From the NCBI GenBank assembly GCA_963715295.1, contig CAVQRP010000022.1, positions 24-64,023 on the forward strand: a DNA stretch of 64,000 nucleotides. The letters are read 5' to 3'. Position 1 is the stretch's first letter, and each line of letters starts with the position of its first letter. Positions 55,626-64,000 of this stretch are shown here, in pieces. The notes under the pieces were generated by a model. The model was not told the DNA's origin, searched no databases, and saw nothing but the letters and a program-made list of their open reading frames with translations. Both the position numbers and the translations under genes were made by a program. The stretch comes from an uncultured Chloroflexia bacterium. Lineage in GTDB: Bacteria > Chloroflexota > Limnocylindria > Limnocylindrales > CSP1-4.

Positions 55626-55733
55626 GCGCGAGCTCGGCTACATCGGCGCGACCCCCGCTACACCGTTGGTACCCCCGGGGGTCCCACCCTCGGGTGGTGC
55701 CGAGCGGCACCGCGCCTCGCGAGCATCCGGTCC

Positions 55734-56810
55734 ATGGTCCGAGCCAACCGAGCGCGCAGCCGGGTCGAGGTCGCCTGGCGCCTGCTGATCCCGCTGTTGT
55801 CATTGGCGCTGTTGTTCAGCCTCGAAGGCGTGGCCGCCACCCCGGTCGCTGCCGGCGGAGCCAGCACCGCCGACACAGCCATCCGTCAGCGGCAGCAGCG
55901 GGCCGAGGCCACGATGCTGCGCGCCGACAGGCAGGTCAAGCGACTACAGCAGCAGCGGCGCCAGCACTCCCGGCGACTGAACGCGGCCAAGCGTCAGCTG
56001 GACAAGGCCATCGACCGACGCGATGCCGTGCGCGACAGGCTCGACCGAGCCCACTCACGGCTCGACGGCGCCGAGTTCGCCTTCGCTCGCAGCGTCAGGG
56101 TCCGGCCCAACCCCAAGGGGACGCAAGCGGTCGACAAGCCGCGTCTGCGCAAGCAGATCCGCACGCTGGAGAAGAAGACCAGGCTGCTGGCGAAGCAGAC
56201 CAGCAAGCTGGAACGCCGGGTCGAACGAACGCGCAGGGTCAAGCAGTCGCGCCTGAAGAAGGTCGGCAAGGCTCGCATCGAAGCGCGCAAGGCCGCCCGT
56301 GAGCGCGCCGAGGACAAGCTCGGCCTGGCCATCAGGCAGATGGTCGAGCTGTCACTTCAGCGGTCCAGCGAGCGCCTGACCCTCGCCTCCGTCAAGGGCT
56401 TCCGCAAGCCGGCCCGGGGCACCATCAGCCAACCCTACGGATGCACCGGCTACGGAACCAACCAGCGACGTGGCGGCTGCCGGCACTTCCACGATGGCAT
56501 CGACATCGCGGCACGGCGCGGCGCGCCGGTGCGTGCCTCGGCCGACGGCTACGTGGCCTACGTCGGCCGCAACCCGTGGGACGTCGGCTCACGCGCCTAC
56601 GTGGTGATCATCGGGCACGCCGGCGGCTACGAGACGATCTACGGGCACCTGCTGCCGCGGCGCCTGGTGCGCGCCGGGCAACGGGTCGAACGCGGCGAGC
56701 TCATCGGCCGCGTCGGCAGCACCGGGCGCAGCACCGGACCGCATGTCCACTGGGAGGTCAGCCGCGACTTCCGCACCCTCGATCCCCGGCGCGCCGGGGG
56801 CTCGTCGTAG
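55734..56810 (+). CDS. coiled-coil M23 family metallopeptidase (copy 2)
   Basis: Intact 358-aa ORF with signal peptide. [23 protein letters not shown] and [14 protein letters not shown] are present. Confidence 0.85.
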   Translation: MVRANRARSRVEVAWRLLIPLLSLALLFSLEGVAATPVAAGGASTADTAIRQRQQRAEATMLRADRQVKRLQQQRRQHSRRLNAAKRQLDKAIDRRDAVRDRLDRAHSRLDGAEFAFARSVRVRPNPKGTQAVDKPRLRKQIRTLEKKTRLLAKQTSKLERRVERTRRVKQSRLKKVGKARIEARKAARERAEDKLGLAIRQMVELSLQRSSERLTLASVKGFRKPARGTISQPYGCTGYGTNQRRGGCRHFHDGIDIAARRGAPVRASADGYVAYVGRNPWDVGSRAYVVIIGHAGGYETIYGHLLPRRLVRAGQRVERGELIGRVGSTGRSTGPHVHWEVSRDFRTLDPRRAGGSS

Positions 56811-56830
56811 CCCTCTGATCTCGCGGGCGA

Positions 56831-58201
56831 CTACGGCAGGTAGGCGTAGGGGTTGACGGGCAGCCAGTCGCCGCCGGCCCAGACCTCGAAATGCAGGTGG
56901 CTGCCGAAGCTACCGCCGGTGTTGCCCATGCTGCCGATGCGCTGACCCTTGCGCACCGTTTGTCCCACGCTCACCGGGTACGTCGCGAGCATGTGCGCAT
57001 AGAGGGTGGAGATGCCGCCGCCGTGGGCGATGACCACGATGAAGGCCGGGTTGTACTCGTACGGGTTCCAGCCGATGAAGGCGACGACACCACTGGCGGC
57101 CGCGTAGATCGGCGTGCCCGAGTTGTTGGCGATATCGATACCGTCGTGGAAATGGGGACACGAGCCGCGGGGCGGGTTGATGTAGTAGTTGGTACAGCCG
57201 TAGCCCTGGCTGATGGAGCCGCGGGTGGGCCAGTCGAAGCGCCCGCTGCTGCCGGTGGGGGCGACGCCGCCGAACTGGGCGCTGGCCCTGGCCTGCATGG
57301 CTGCGACCTTGTTGCGGATGCTGCGCATCAACTGGTTGCGGGCATCCTGCTGCTTCTTGACCATCGCCATCGCCTGCTTCTTGTTCTTGGCGATGCGGAG
57401 GATGGCGGCCTTCTGGCGGTCGCGCGCCTTCTCCGTGCGCGCCTCCAGCTGCAGCAGACGCTGCTTGGCCTGGCGCAGCTGTTCCCGCAGCTCGACGACC
57501 TTCTCCTGGGTATCGAGCGTCTCACGCCGGAGCTGGTCGGTGCGCAGGCGCGTCGAGGTCGTCAGCAGTCGCAGTGAGTCGAGCGCCTGCTGGTCCTGCG
57601 TGATCTGCCGCGCCAGCTGCGCATCCTGCTCCCCGTAGGAGAGGTAGGCCGAGGTGTCGGTGAGCACATCGGAGAAGGATTCGGCCGTGAACACCTGCTG
57701 CAGGAGCGTGGTGTTCTCGGTCCGGTAGGCTTCCGCCAGTCGCAACCCGAGGGCCTGCCGCCGGGCTTTCAGATCCGACTCACCATTGGCCAGCTCCTGC
57801 TCCAGCAAGCCCAGCGTGAAGTCCGTCTGGCGCTGCTCCTCGACCAGTTCCGCGTGTCGTGCCTCGATGCGCTTGAGCCGTTCCTGCACCTTCTCGATGC
57901 GCGCCTTGACCGCTTCCTGGTCGGCGCGGATGTCCTTGAGCTGCTCCGTCGTCTGGTCGAGGTCGCGCTTCGTCTGTGCTTCCTCGGACTTGAGCTGGCT
58001 GACGAGCCGCTCAGACTGCGCGATGGACCTGGTCAGAGCCGCCTGGCGCTCCTTGGCCGCGGCGATCTGGTCCTTGAGGCTGGCAGCCTCGACCGACGGC
58101 GCCGCGATAGACGGGACGGCGAGGATGACGACGAAGAGGAGCACGAACAGTCGGGGCCAAGACACGGCGGCCCCGTGCGCTCGCGCTTTCACGCTTGGCA
58201 C
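56831..58201 (-). CDS. coiled-coil M23 family metallopeptidase (copy 3, EnvC-like; start GTG 58201 or 58192, ORF-track ATG 58303)
   Basis: ORF 56831..58303. TM/signal segment WPRLFVLLFVVILAVPSIAAPSVEA, a long coiled coil, then GCTNYYINPPRGSCPHFHDGIDI and GNTGGSFGSHLHFE. Confidence 0.85.
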   Translation of the reverse strand: MPSVKARAHGAAVSWPRLFVLLFVVILAVPSIAAPSVEAASLKDQIAAAKERQAALTRSIAQSERLVSQLKSEEAQTKRDLDQTTEQLKDIRADQEAVKARIEKVQERLKRIEARHAELVEEQRQTDFTLGLLEQELANGESDLKARRQALGLRLAEAYRTENTTLLQQVFTAESFSDVLTDTSAYLSYGEQDAQLARQITQDQQALDSLRLLTTSTRLRTDQLRRETLDTQEKVVELREQLRQAKQRLLQLEARTEKARDRQKAAILRIAKNKKQAMAMVKKQQDARNQLMRSIRNKVAAMQARASAQFGGVAPTGSSGRFDWPTRGSISQGYGCTNYYINPPRGSCPHFHDGIDIANNSGTPIYAAASGVVAFIGWNPYEYNPAFIVVIAHGGGISTLYAHMLATYPVSVGQTVRKGQRIGSMGNTGGSFGSHLHFEVWAGGDWLPVNPYAYLP

Positions 58202-58445
58202 GATCTCTCTATGCAACTCCCACTTGCTGCCGTACGCAGCACCCCGGGCACGGGGGATGACCGAACACGGCACTCGGTCGTTCAAGGCATGGTACTCCGC
58301 CACTGGCAGGGCCGCAAACGCAGGTGGCCACCCCGGGATCGCCTAGTACGTTCGAGCCGGTGCGTCGTGACACCACAGCAGGCACGCTCAGCGGCATGAC
58401 CACCTCCGAGCCACGCTCGCTCGCGCCGCGAACAGGCGTTCGTAC

Positions 58446-59288
58446 ATGAGCGACAGCGTCATCCTTGCGGCCTTGCTCGGCGCCGCCTTCGGCCTGGCCG
58501 CCGACAGGCTGGCGGCACGCTGGCCGGTCCACGCGGACGGCCTCGTGCGTCGGATCGACTGGCGCACGCCGCTGGTGGTCTTGGCCAGCGCCGCCGCCTT
58601 CGGGCTGCTCGTCTCGCGCTGGGGCGCCAGCACCGATGTGATCGTGCTGGGCCTGTACATCGGCGCGCTCATGGTGCTGCTGGCGACAGACCTTGACCAA
58701 CGACTGCTGCCCGACCTCATCACCCTGCCGCTCATCGCCTATGCCGCCGTCGTCACGCTGCTGGGGCTGAACCCGATCCTGGCCGGGAAGACGCAGGTGC
58801 TGCTGGCCGACGGCGACCTCAGCGCCATCCTCGCCGCCGTCCTGGCGCCTGGCCTGCTGGCGGTCACCGATCGGATCTTCCGGGGTGCCCTGGGCATGGG
58901 CGACCTGAAGCTGGCGGTCAGCCTCGGCCTGATGTTCGGCCTCTCGCAGCTCTTCGTCGGCTTCCTGGCCGCCACGCTGGCCTTCGCCGCCGTCGTCCTG
59001 GCCCTCGTGGTCACGCGTCGTGTCACGTTGAAGACGGCGATCCCCTTCGGCCCGGCGCTGATCGGCGCCGGCGTGCTGGCGATCGCTGATCCAGCCCTGA
59101 CCTGGCTGACGGCGGCTCCTGACGGCCTAGTCCTCGGCGAGGGCCAGCTCTACCAGCGTGGCGTGCATGACACCGGTCGCGCCGGTGGTCGAGAACGGAT
59201 CGACCTTGGTCAGGAAGGCCGTGCCGGCGATGTCAAGGTGGACCCAGGGCACCGTCACGAACTCGCTGCAGGAACAACGCCGCAGTGA
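58446..59288 (+). CDS. prepilin (type IV) peptidase, A24 family; 3' end doubtful
   Basis: ORF-track 280 aa with LLATDLDQRLLPD and GALGMGDLKL Asp motifs. The last ~160 nt overlap convergent pepA and look like read-through after an indel. Confidence 0.75.
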   Translation: MSDSVILAALLGAAFGLAADRLAARWPVHADGLVRRIDWRTPLVVLASAAAFGLLVSRWGASTDVIVLGLYIGALMVLLATDLDQRLLPDLITLPLIAYAAVVTLLGLNPILAGKTQVLLADGDLSAILAAVLAPGLLAVTDRIFRGALGMGDLKLAVSLGLMFGLSQLFVGFLAATLAFAAVVLALVVTRRVTLKTAIPFGPALIGAGVLAIADPALTWLTAAPDGLVLGEGQLYQRGVHDTGRAGGRERIDLGQEGRAGDVKVDPGHRHELAAGTTPQ

Positions 59289-60658
59289 TGGCAGCCACCC
59301 TCGGCCGGACCCGGTGTTGGCCATGTCGGCGAAGGGTGAGTCGAGGTCCTTGCGCAGGTCATCGATGATGGGCATCCGCCACAGCGGCTCGCCCTGTCGC
59401 GCGGCTGCCGCGGCAACCTCCTGCCACCACGCGTCGCTATCCCCGAAACCGCCGGTCATGTAGCGGCCCAGCGCCCGCGACATGGCGCCGGTCAGGGTGG
59501 CGACGTCGACGATGTGGCGTGGCACCCTGCGCGCTCGGCCCAGGTCGAGGGCGTCGCCCAGGATGAGCCGACCTTCGGCGTCGGTGTTGGTGATCTCGAC
59601 GGTCTTGCCGTTGAGCGCCCGGATCACGTCGCCGGGGCGCGATGAGTGCGGGCCGGGCATGTTCTCGACGGCCGGCGCCACGGCCAGCAGCGGCCGCTCG
59701 GGCGACAGCTGCACGGCAGTGGCGATGGCATTGATGACCGTGCAGGCGCCGCGTCTTGTCGGTCTTCATCTCGCCCATGTTGGGCGGCGGCTTCAGGCTG
59801 ATGCCGCCGGTGTCGAAGGTGACGCCCTTGCCGACCATCGCCAGCAGGCGCCCACGCTGGTCGCGCTCGGCTCGCAGGCTGGGAGCGCAGGGCGATGAAG
59901 CGCGGCGGGTTGGCCGAGCCCTTGCCCACGGCCATGAACATGCCCATCCCCAAGGCAGCAGCTTCCTCGGGACCGAGCACGGTCAGCTCGAGGCCGTGCT
60001 CGCGGGCCAGGTCGCTGGCTTCATCAGCCAGCACCTCGGGGCTGACATCGTTGCCCGCGCGCTGCGCCAGGCGTCGGGTACGGTTGCCACCCTCACCGAT
60101 GATGCGCCCCCGTTCGGCACGCTGGCCGAGCTGGACGAGGTCACCGGCATCGACCACCAGGGTGCAGGTGTCGATCTCCGGCGGCAGCTTCTCGGGGGCC
60201 TCCCGGTAGATGGCCGCCGGGTCCGCGGTGCCCTCGACGATGCCGCGCGCTACCAGCTCGACGGCACTGGCCACCTCGGCCTCGGATGCACCTGCCGGGG
60301 CGGGTAGATAGACCGCCAACGAGCGCACCTCACACCCGACGAGGCTGCGCACCACCAGAGAGCCGAGGCGACGCGTGGCCAGCTCGTCGAGCCCGCCGTC
60401 CTCGCCGACGCCGATGGCCAGGATGGCGCGGACACCCATACCCCGAGCCGGCAGCAGCCGGGTCTGCCAGCGTGAGCCCGTGAGGGCACCCAGCTCGCGC
60501 ATCGCGGAGAGCGCACCATCGAGGCGGCGATCGATCTCCTGGAGGTACTCGGGCATCTGGGACGCGGCCGGCATGGTAACGGCGAGGACATCGGCTTGGA
60601 GGTCCCAGGGCAAACGGTCGGTGACGTTCAGGCGCATGCGGTGTCCGATCTCTTTCAT
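59127..60658 (-). CDS. pepA: leucyl aminopeptidase (M17); 4 or more frame switches
   Basis: The N-domain is in ORF 59624..60892 (from ATG 60658 or 60637). VGKGVTFDTGGISLKP is in ORF 59437..59838. NTDAEGRL, VDVATLTGA and HLDIAGTA are in ORF 59127..59714. Confidence 0.85.
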
Positions 60659-60757
60659 GACTTCGGTGCCCGTTCGGCGGGCTCGTTGAAGGCTGGACGG
60701 GGGGTTGCTGCTGAGTCTATCGCTCCCAGCCGGCCCTCCCACCGCGGGCTGGCTAGC

Positions 60758-61837
60758 ATGGGGTCGATGACCCACACCGCCGCCACCCTGACGGACTGGC
60801 TGACAGCGATGCCCAAGGCCGAGCTGCACCTGCACCTCGACGGCTCGCTGCGGCCCCCGACGGCGCTCGACCTCGCTCGTACCCGTGACCACGGACTGCC
60901 TGGTCTGCCGGGCGATGTGGCGGCGATGCGAGCGCGACTGGTGGCGCCAGCTCGCTGCCGCGACCAGGCCGATCTGCTGCGCGCCTTCGACCTGCCCATC
61001 GCGCTGCTGCAGGATGCCGAGGCCCTGGAGCGATGTACAGCCGAGCTGACGCAGGACGTGGCCGCGGAGGGCACCGTCTATGCCGAGATCCGCTGGGCCC
61101 CGTCACTCCATCTGCAACGCGGCCTGTCACTACGTGACGGCATCGCGGCCGTCGTGCGCGGCAGCCGGCGCGCCGCGGCAGCTGCCGGCATCGAGGTACG
61201 CCTGATCGCGGTGGCCCTGCGCACGCACGACGCGGCCACGGCCCTGCGGGTGGCGGAGGCTGCGCTCGAGTTCGTCGCCGAGGGCCTCACCGGCTTCGAC
61301 ATCGCCGGTGTCGAGCAGGCAGCACCCGATCCAGGCGTCTTCGCCAGCGCCATCGCCGCTGCGCGCGCTGGCGGCCTGGGCATCACCTGCCACGCTGGCG
61401 AGTGGGGCGGTCCGGCGCAGGTGTGGCGCGCGCTCGATATCGATCCCTGGCGCATCGCGCACGGGGCCGTGGCAGCCGAGGACGCGGCGCTCATGACCCG
61501 CCTCACCGAAAGCGGGATCACCCTCGACGTCTGCCCCACCAGCAACCTCCAGGCCGGCATCGGCGGCGACGGGAAAGATGCTCCCCTGCCCCGCCTGCTG
61601 CGTGCCGGCGTGCCGGTCACGATCAGCACCGACGATCGGACGGTCAGCGATCTGACACTGGTGCGAGAGCTGGAGGGCACGATCCAACGGCTGGGGCTCG
61701 ACAGCGCCGCAGTCGTGCGAACCATGCGGCAGGGCTACGCAGCCGCGTTCCTGCACCACGACGAAGCCCTGCGTGCCCGCCTGCAGCAGCAGTTCGAGGA
61801 GTGGCTGGTGGCACGGCCGTATGCAGACCGGGGCTAG
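60758..61837 (+). CDS. add: adenosine deaminase
   Basis: From the ATG at 60758 in ORF 60596..61837. KAELHLHLDGS, ITCHAGE and PVTISTDD are present. Confidence 0.9.
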   Translation: MGSMTHTAATLTDWLTAMPKAELHLHLDGSLRPPTALDLARTRDHGLPGLPGDVAAMRARLVAPARCRDQADLLRAFDLPIALLQDAEALERCTAELTQDVAAEGTVYAEIRWAPSLHLQRGLSLRDGIAAVVRGSRRAAAAAGIEVRLIAVALRTHDAATALRVAEAALEFVAEGLTGFDIAGVEQAAPDPGVFASAIAAARAGGLGITCHAGEWGGPAQVWRALDIDPWRIAHGAVAAEDAALMTRLTESGITLDVCPTSNLQAGIGGDGKDAPLPRLLRAGVPVTISTDDRTVSDLTLVRELEGTIQRLGLDSAAVVRTMRQGYAAAFLHHDEALRARLQQQFEEWLVARPYADRG

Positions 61838-61841
61838 GGCC

Positions 61842-62651
61842 TCAGGCGGCAGCGAGCCGATCGAGGACGGCTCCGAGGTCGCCCGGACCGGTCGCGATGG
61901 CGGTGGGCTGATCTGCCGCCGGCAGGGCCGCGGCCTGCTCGGCCGTGCTGACCCCGGTGAGCACCAGCACGCTGCGAGCACCCACGGCGTTGGCGGCGGC
62001 GATGTCGGTAAGCAGGCCGTCGCCGATGACGACCGCCTCTTCGACCGGTATCCCCGCGACCTCGGCTGCCTCACGCATCAGGCCAGGTTCGGGCTTGCCG
62101 ATGACCATGTCGGGCTCCCGGCCCGACGCGGTGATGAGGGCTGCCACCATCGCGCCGGCACCGGCCTTGAGGCCGTCCGGCATGGGGAAGATGGGGTCGC
62201 GGTTGGTGACCGCGAACAGGGCTCCTCCGCGCACCGCCGCTGCCGCAGCGGAAAGGCGCTCGAACGAGAGGTCGAAGTCGACCCCCACGGCCACCGCATC
62301 GGGCTCGCGAGCCAGGCCCTCGTACGAGCACGGCGCGGTAGCCAGGCCCACGTCCTCCAGCTCACGTTGCAGGCCGGAGCCGGCGAAGACCATCGTCAGG
62401 CGCGGCGGTCGGGGCAGGGCTGCCAGCGCCAGTGCCGTACCTCGAGCCGACGTCAGGATACGTTCAGGGTCTGCTGGGGCACCCATGCCGGCGAGGCGAG
62501 CCTGGTACTCGGAGCGATGCCAGCGCGAGTTGTTGGTGACATAGACGATGATGTCGCCAGCCGCCTGGCGCTGAGTCAGCAAGGCTGGCATGCCGGGGAT
62601 CGCTTCGGTACCCCGGTAGACGACACCGTCAAGATCGACGAGAAGGAGCAT
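61842..62651 (-). CDS. HAD-IIA family hydrolase (NagD-like)
   Basis: Intact 269-aa ORF with LVDLDGVVY, VTNNS, IGKPEP and VIGDGLLTDI. Confidence 0.85.
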   Translation of the reverse strand: MLLLVDLDGVVYRGTEAIPGMPALLTQRQAAGDIIVYVTNNSRWHRSEYQARLAGMGAPADPERILTSARGTALALAALPRPPRLTMVFAGSGLQRELEDVGLATAPCSYEGLAREPDAVAVGVDFDLSFERLSAAAAAVRGGALFAVTNRDPIFPMPDGLKAGAGAMVAALITASGREPDMVIGKPEPGLMREAAEVAGIPVEEAVVIGDGLLTDIAAANAVGARSVLVLTGVSTAEQAAALPAADQPTAIATGPGDLGAVLDRLAAA

Positions 62652-62683
62652 CGCCCGATGGTAGCCGCAGACCCGGTCAGCCG

Positions 62684-63268
62684 ATGAGCCGCACTGACGG
62701 TGTCGACGAGCTGGATCTACTGCTCATCGACGGTGATAACCTCCTGCACGACGTACGAGGCAGCCGCGACGAGGGCGGCGTGGCGTGGCTCCTGCCACGG
62801 CTCGCGGGCTGGCGCCCACAGCACCTGCGCATCGTCGTCGGTCTGGATGGGCACCCGCCTCCCGGCGAGGGCAGCCGCAAACGCGTCACTCGGGGCATCG
62901 AGTTCCATCACTCACGCTCCCGCAGCGCGGACGACATGCTGCTCGACCTGCTGGCGGCACAGCCTTTCGCTGCACGCGGTCGCACCGCCGTGGTCACTCG
63001 GGACCGCGGCCTGCAGGCACGCGCGGCGCGGGCCGGCGGCGCTACGCGCTCGGTCGACTGGCTCATGCGTCAGGTGGCCGCGGGGCCGCTCGCCGATGGC
63101 TCGGCCACCAAGCCGGTGCGCATCGGGCAGGGCAAGCCACCCAGGCGTGGACACGATGATCCGGTCGGCGCCATCGAGGCGGAGCGAGATCCGTGGCAGC
63201 CCGGCCGGGGAGCAACGCGCAAGAAGGGCAATCCCAAGCGCAGCCCCAAAGGCGCACGTCAACGCTAA
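62684..63268 (+). CDS. NYN/YacP-like PIN-fold domain protein with basic tail
   Basis: Intact 194-aa ORF: LLLIDGDNLLHD...VVGLDG...VVTRDRGLQ, with a Lys/Arg-rich C-terminus. Confidence 0.65.
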   Translation: MSRTDGVDELDLLLIDGDNLLHDVRGSRDEGGVAWLLPRLAGWRPQHLRIVVGLDGHPPPGEGSRKRVTRGIEFHHSRSRSADDMLLDLLAAQPFAARGRTAVVTRDRGLQARAARAGGATRSVDWLMRQVAAGPLADGSATKPVRIGQGKPPRRGHDDPVGAIEAERDPWQPGRGATRKKGNPKRSPKGARQR

Positions 63269-63277
63269 TATCTCAGC

Positions 63278-63754
63278 ATGGCATCCGACCCGTGGACCTC
63301 GTTCCTCGACTGGCTGACCACGGTCCTCGTGCCCGCTTGGGGCGAGCTCATCAGTCTGCTGCCCGTCGTCATCATCGGCAGCATCGCGGGTCCCATCCTG
63401 ACCCTCATCGCAGCCATGTGGCTGTGGCACCTTGTCACCCGCCGGCGAGGCCGGGTAGCGCGCGCTGAAGCCGCTCCGGTGGCAGCCATGCTGGATGCGC
63501 AAGGCCTGCCGGTGTTCCCGTCCAACGTGCCCTACTGTGATGCACACGCCCTGATCCACCCGCCACGCGCCAAGGCCTGCCACGTGGATGGGGGCGCCCT
63601 CAGCGTGACCTGCCCGGTGGATGGCAACGTCCGCAACGCAGAGATCGACACGTGCTCCGCATGCGGCACGAAGTTCAAGCTCGGCGCCATCTCCGGCTCG
63701 GCGCTCGTGATCGCTTCTGATGGCCCACCCGAGGGCGGAGCCGCGATCGCCTAG
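63278..63754 (+). CDS. membrane protein with Cys-rich (zinc-ribbon-like) C-terminal domain
   Basis: Intact 158-aa ORF. TM segments LVPAWGELISLLPVVIIGSIAGPILTLIAAMWLW, then C..H...C....C...CSACG. Confidence 0.6.
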   Translation: MASDPWTSFLDWLTTVLVPAWGELISLLPVVIIGSIAGPILTLIAAMWLWHLVTRRRGRVARAEAAPVAAMLDAQGLPVFPSNVPYCDAHALIHPPRAKACHVDGGALSVTCPVDGNVRNAEIDTCSACGTKFKLGAISGSALVIASDGPPEGGAAIA

Positions 63755-63794
63755 CCGGCCATCAGCCGAGCTGGTCGATCACCGGCGTACCTAG

Positions 63795-64000
63795 ATGGCG
63801 ACCCTCTCCCAGTACCTCTTCGTGATGGGCGCGTTGCTGCTGCTGTTCGCCTTCATCCTGGCGGTGGCACACACGACCCTCCTGGCGGTCGGTCGCCGGG
63901 CGCTCGTCGCGACCAGCACGCCGCGCCTGGCCACCGCCGGCCCTGGAGGCAGCAGCGCCGACATGGGCGCCAGCCCTATCCCGGCGGCCGACACCACCAC
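63795..64000 (+). CDS. membrane protein, 5' partial at window end (N-terminus reminiscent of CcsB/ResC-type proteins, unverified)
   Basis: The ATG at 63795 gives MATLSQYLFVMGALLLLFAFILAVAHTTLLAVG. It is absent from the ORF track only because no stop lies within the window. The overlapping minus ORF 63791..64000 is Arg-rich shadow. Confidence 0.4.
   Translation, partial: MATLSQYLFVMGALLLLFAFILAVAHTTLLAVGRRALVATSTPRLATAGPGGSSADMGASPIPAADTT

Noticed and set aside
58202-58445. c-di-AMP (ydaO) riboswitch upstream of M23 copy 3, and similarly at 54192-54440 upstream of copy 1
   Set aside because: The conserved ydaO cores as I recall them (GGGGTGAATC, CCCGAACCCG.CAGCTAACC) are absent. I report the leader only as an unexplained structured region.

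Overview
GC-rich chromosomal segment (G/C-dominated third codon positions, GGAGG-type ribosome-binding sites, many 4-nt ATGA/GTGA gene overlaps). It looks like a monoderm high-GC bacterium (Actinomycetota- or Chloroflexota-like); I cannot place it further by eye. I resolve about 75 protein genes, one intact tRNA-His(GUG), one truncated tRNA-Arg-like fragment and several repeat families.

Layout:
- 1-9.5 kb: accessory-looking zone of small ORFs separated by a conserved GC hairpin repeat. It holds a duplicated mini-gene module, a gene relic and two large paralogous secreted surface proteins, and ends at the tRNA-Arg 5' fragment.
- 9.9-15.5 kb: minus-strand ABC-2 exporter pair downstream of a two-GTPase (dynamin-like) plus membrane-protein operon.
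- 15.7-23.3 kb: hypothetical secreted proteins, PQQ-type sugar dehydrogenase, P-loop kinase-like protein, phosphodiester glycosidase, MFS transporter.
- 23.4-26.5 kb: large LuxR-type (LAL) regulator.
- 26.5-31 kb: tightly coupled operon BioY / ABC-2 ATPase / ABC-2 permease / LiaF-like protein / PQ-rich membrane protein.
- 33.2-37.4 kb: tRNA-His followed by a 4.1-kb segment bounded by a 15-bp direct repeat of the tRNA 3' end. It carries an ECF sigma factor, an anti-sigma-like protein, a secreted paralog of that protein's sensor domain, and a zinc-ribbon membrane protein.
- 37.8-47.6 kb: aldo-keto reductase, a heliorhodopsin gene, and a ROK / sugar-ABC / GH3 / SIS amino-sugar cluster.
- 47.6-64 kb: GAF-GGDEF cyclase with DUF5317 partner, NUDIX, archaeal-type NAPRTase, YbjN-like protein, glgC, three coiled-coil M23 peptidases, prepilin peptidase, pepA, add, HAD-IIA, NYN/YacP-like protein.

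Caveat: many genes, including housekeeping ones (glgC, pepA, NAPRTase, MFS), can only be read by switching frame one to several times. For those genes I give stitched gene spans rather than the fragmentary ORF-track pieces, and their starts and ends are approximate.

Most interesting items: the heliorhodopsin and its context, the tRNA-His-bounded islet with the sigma/anti-sigma/decoy-like trio, the duplicated mini winged-helix module with its conserved leader, the hairpin repeat family, the dynamin-like GTPase operon, and the unusual BioY operon.
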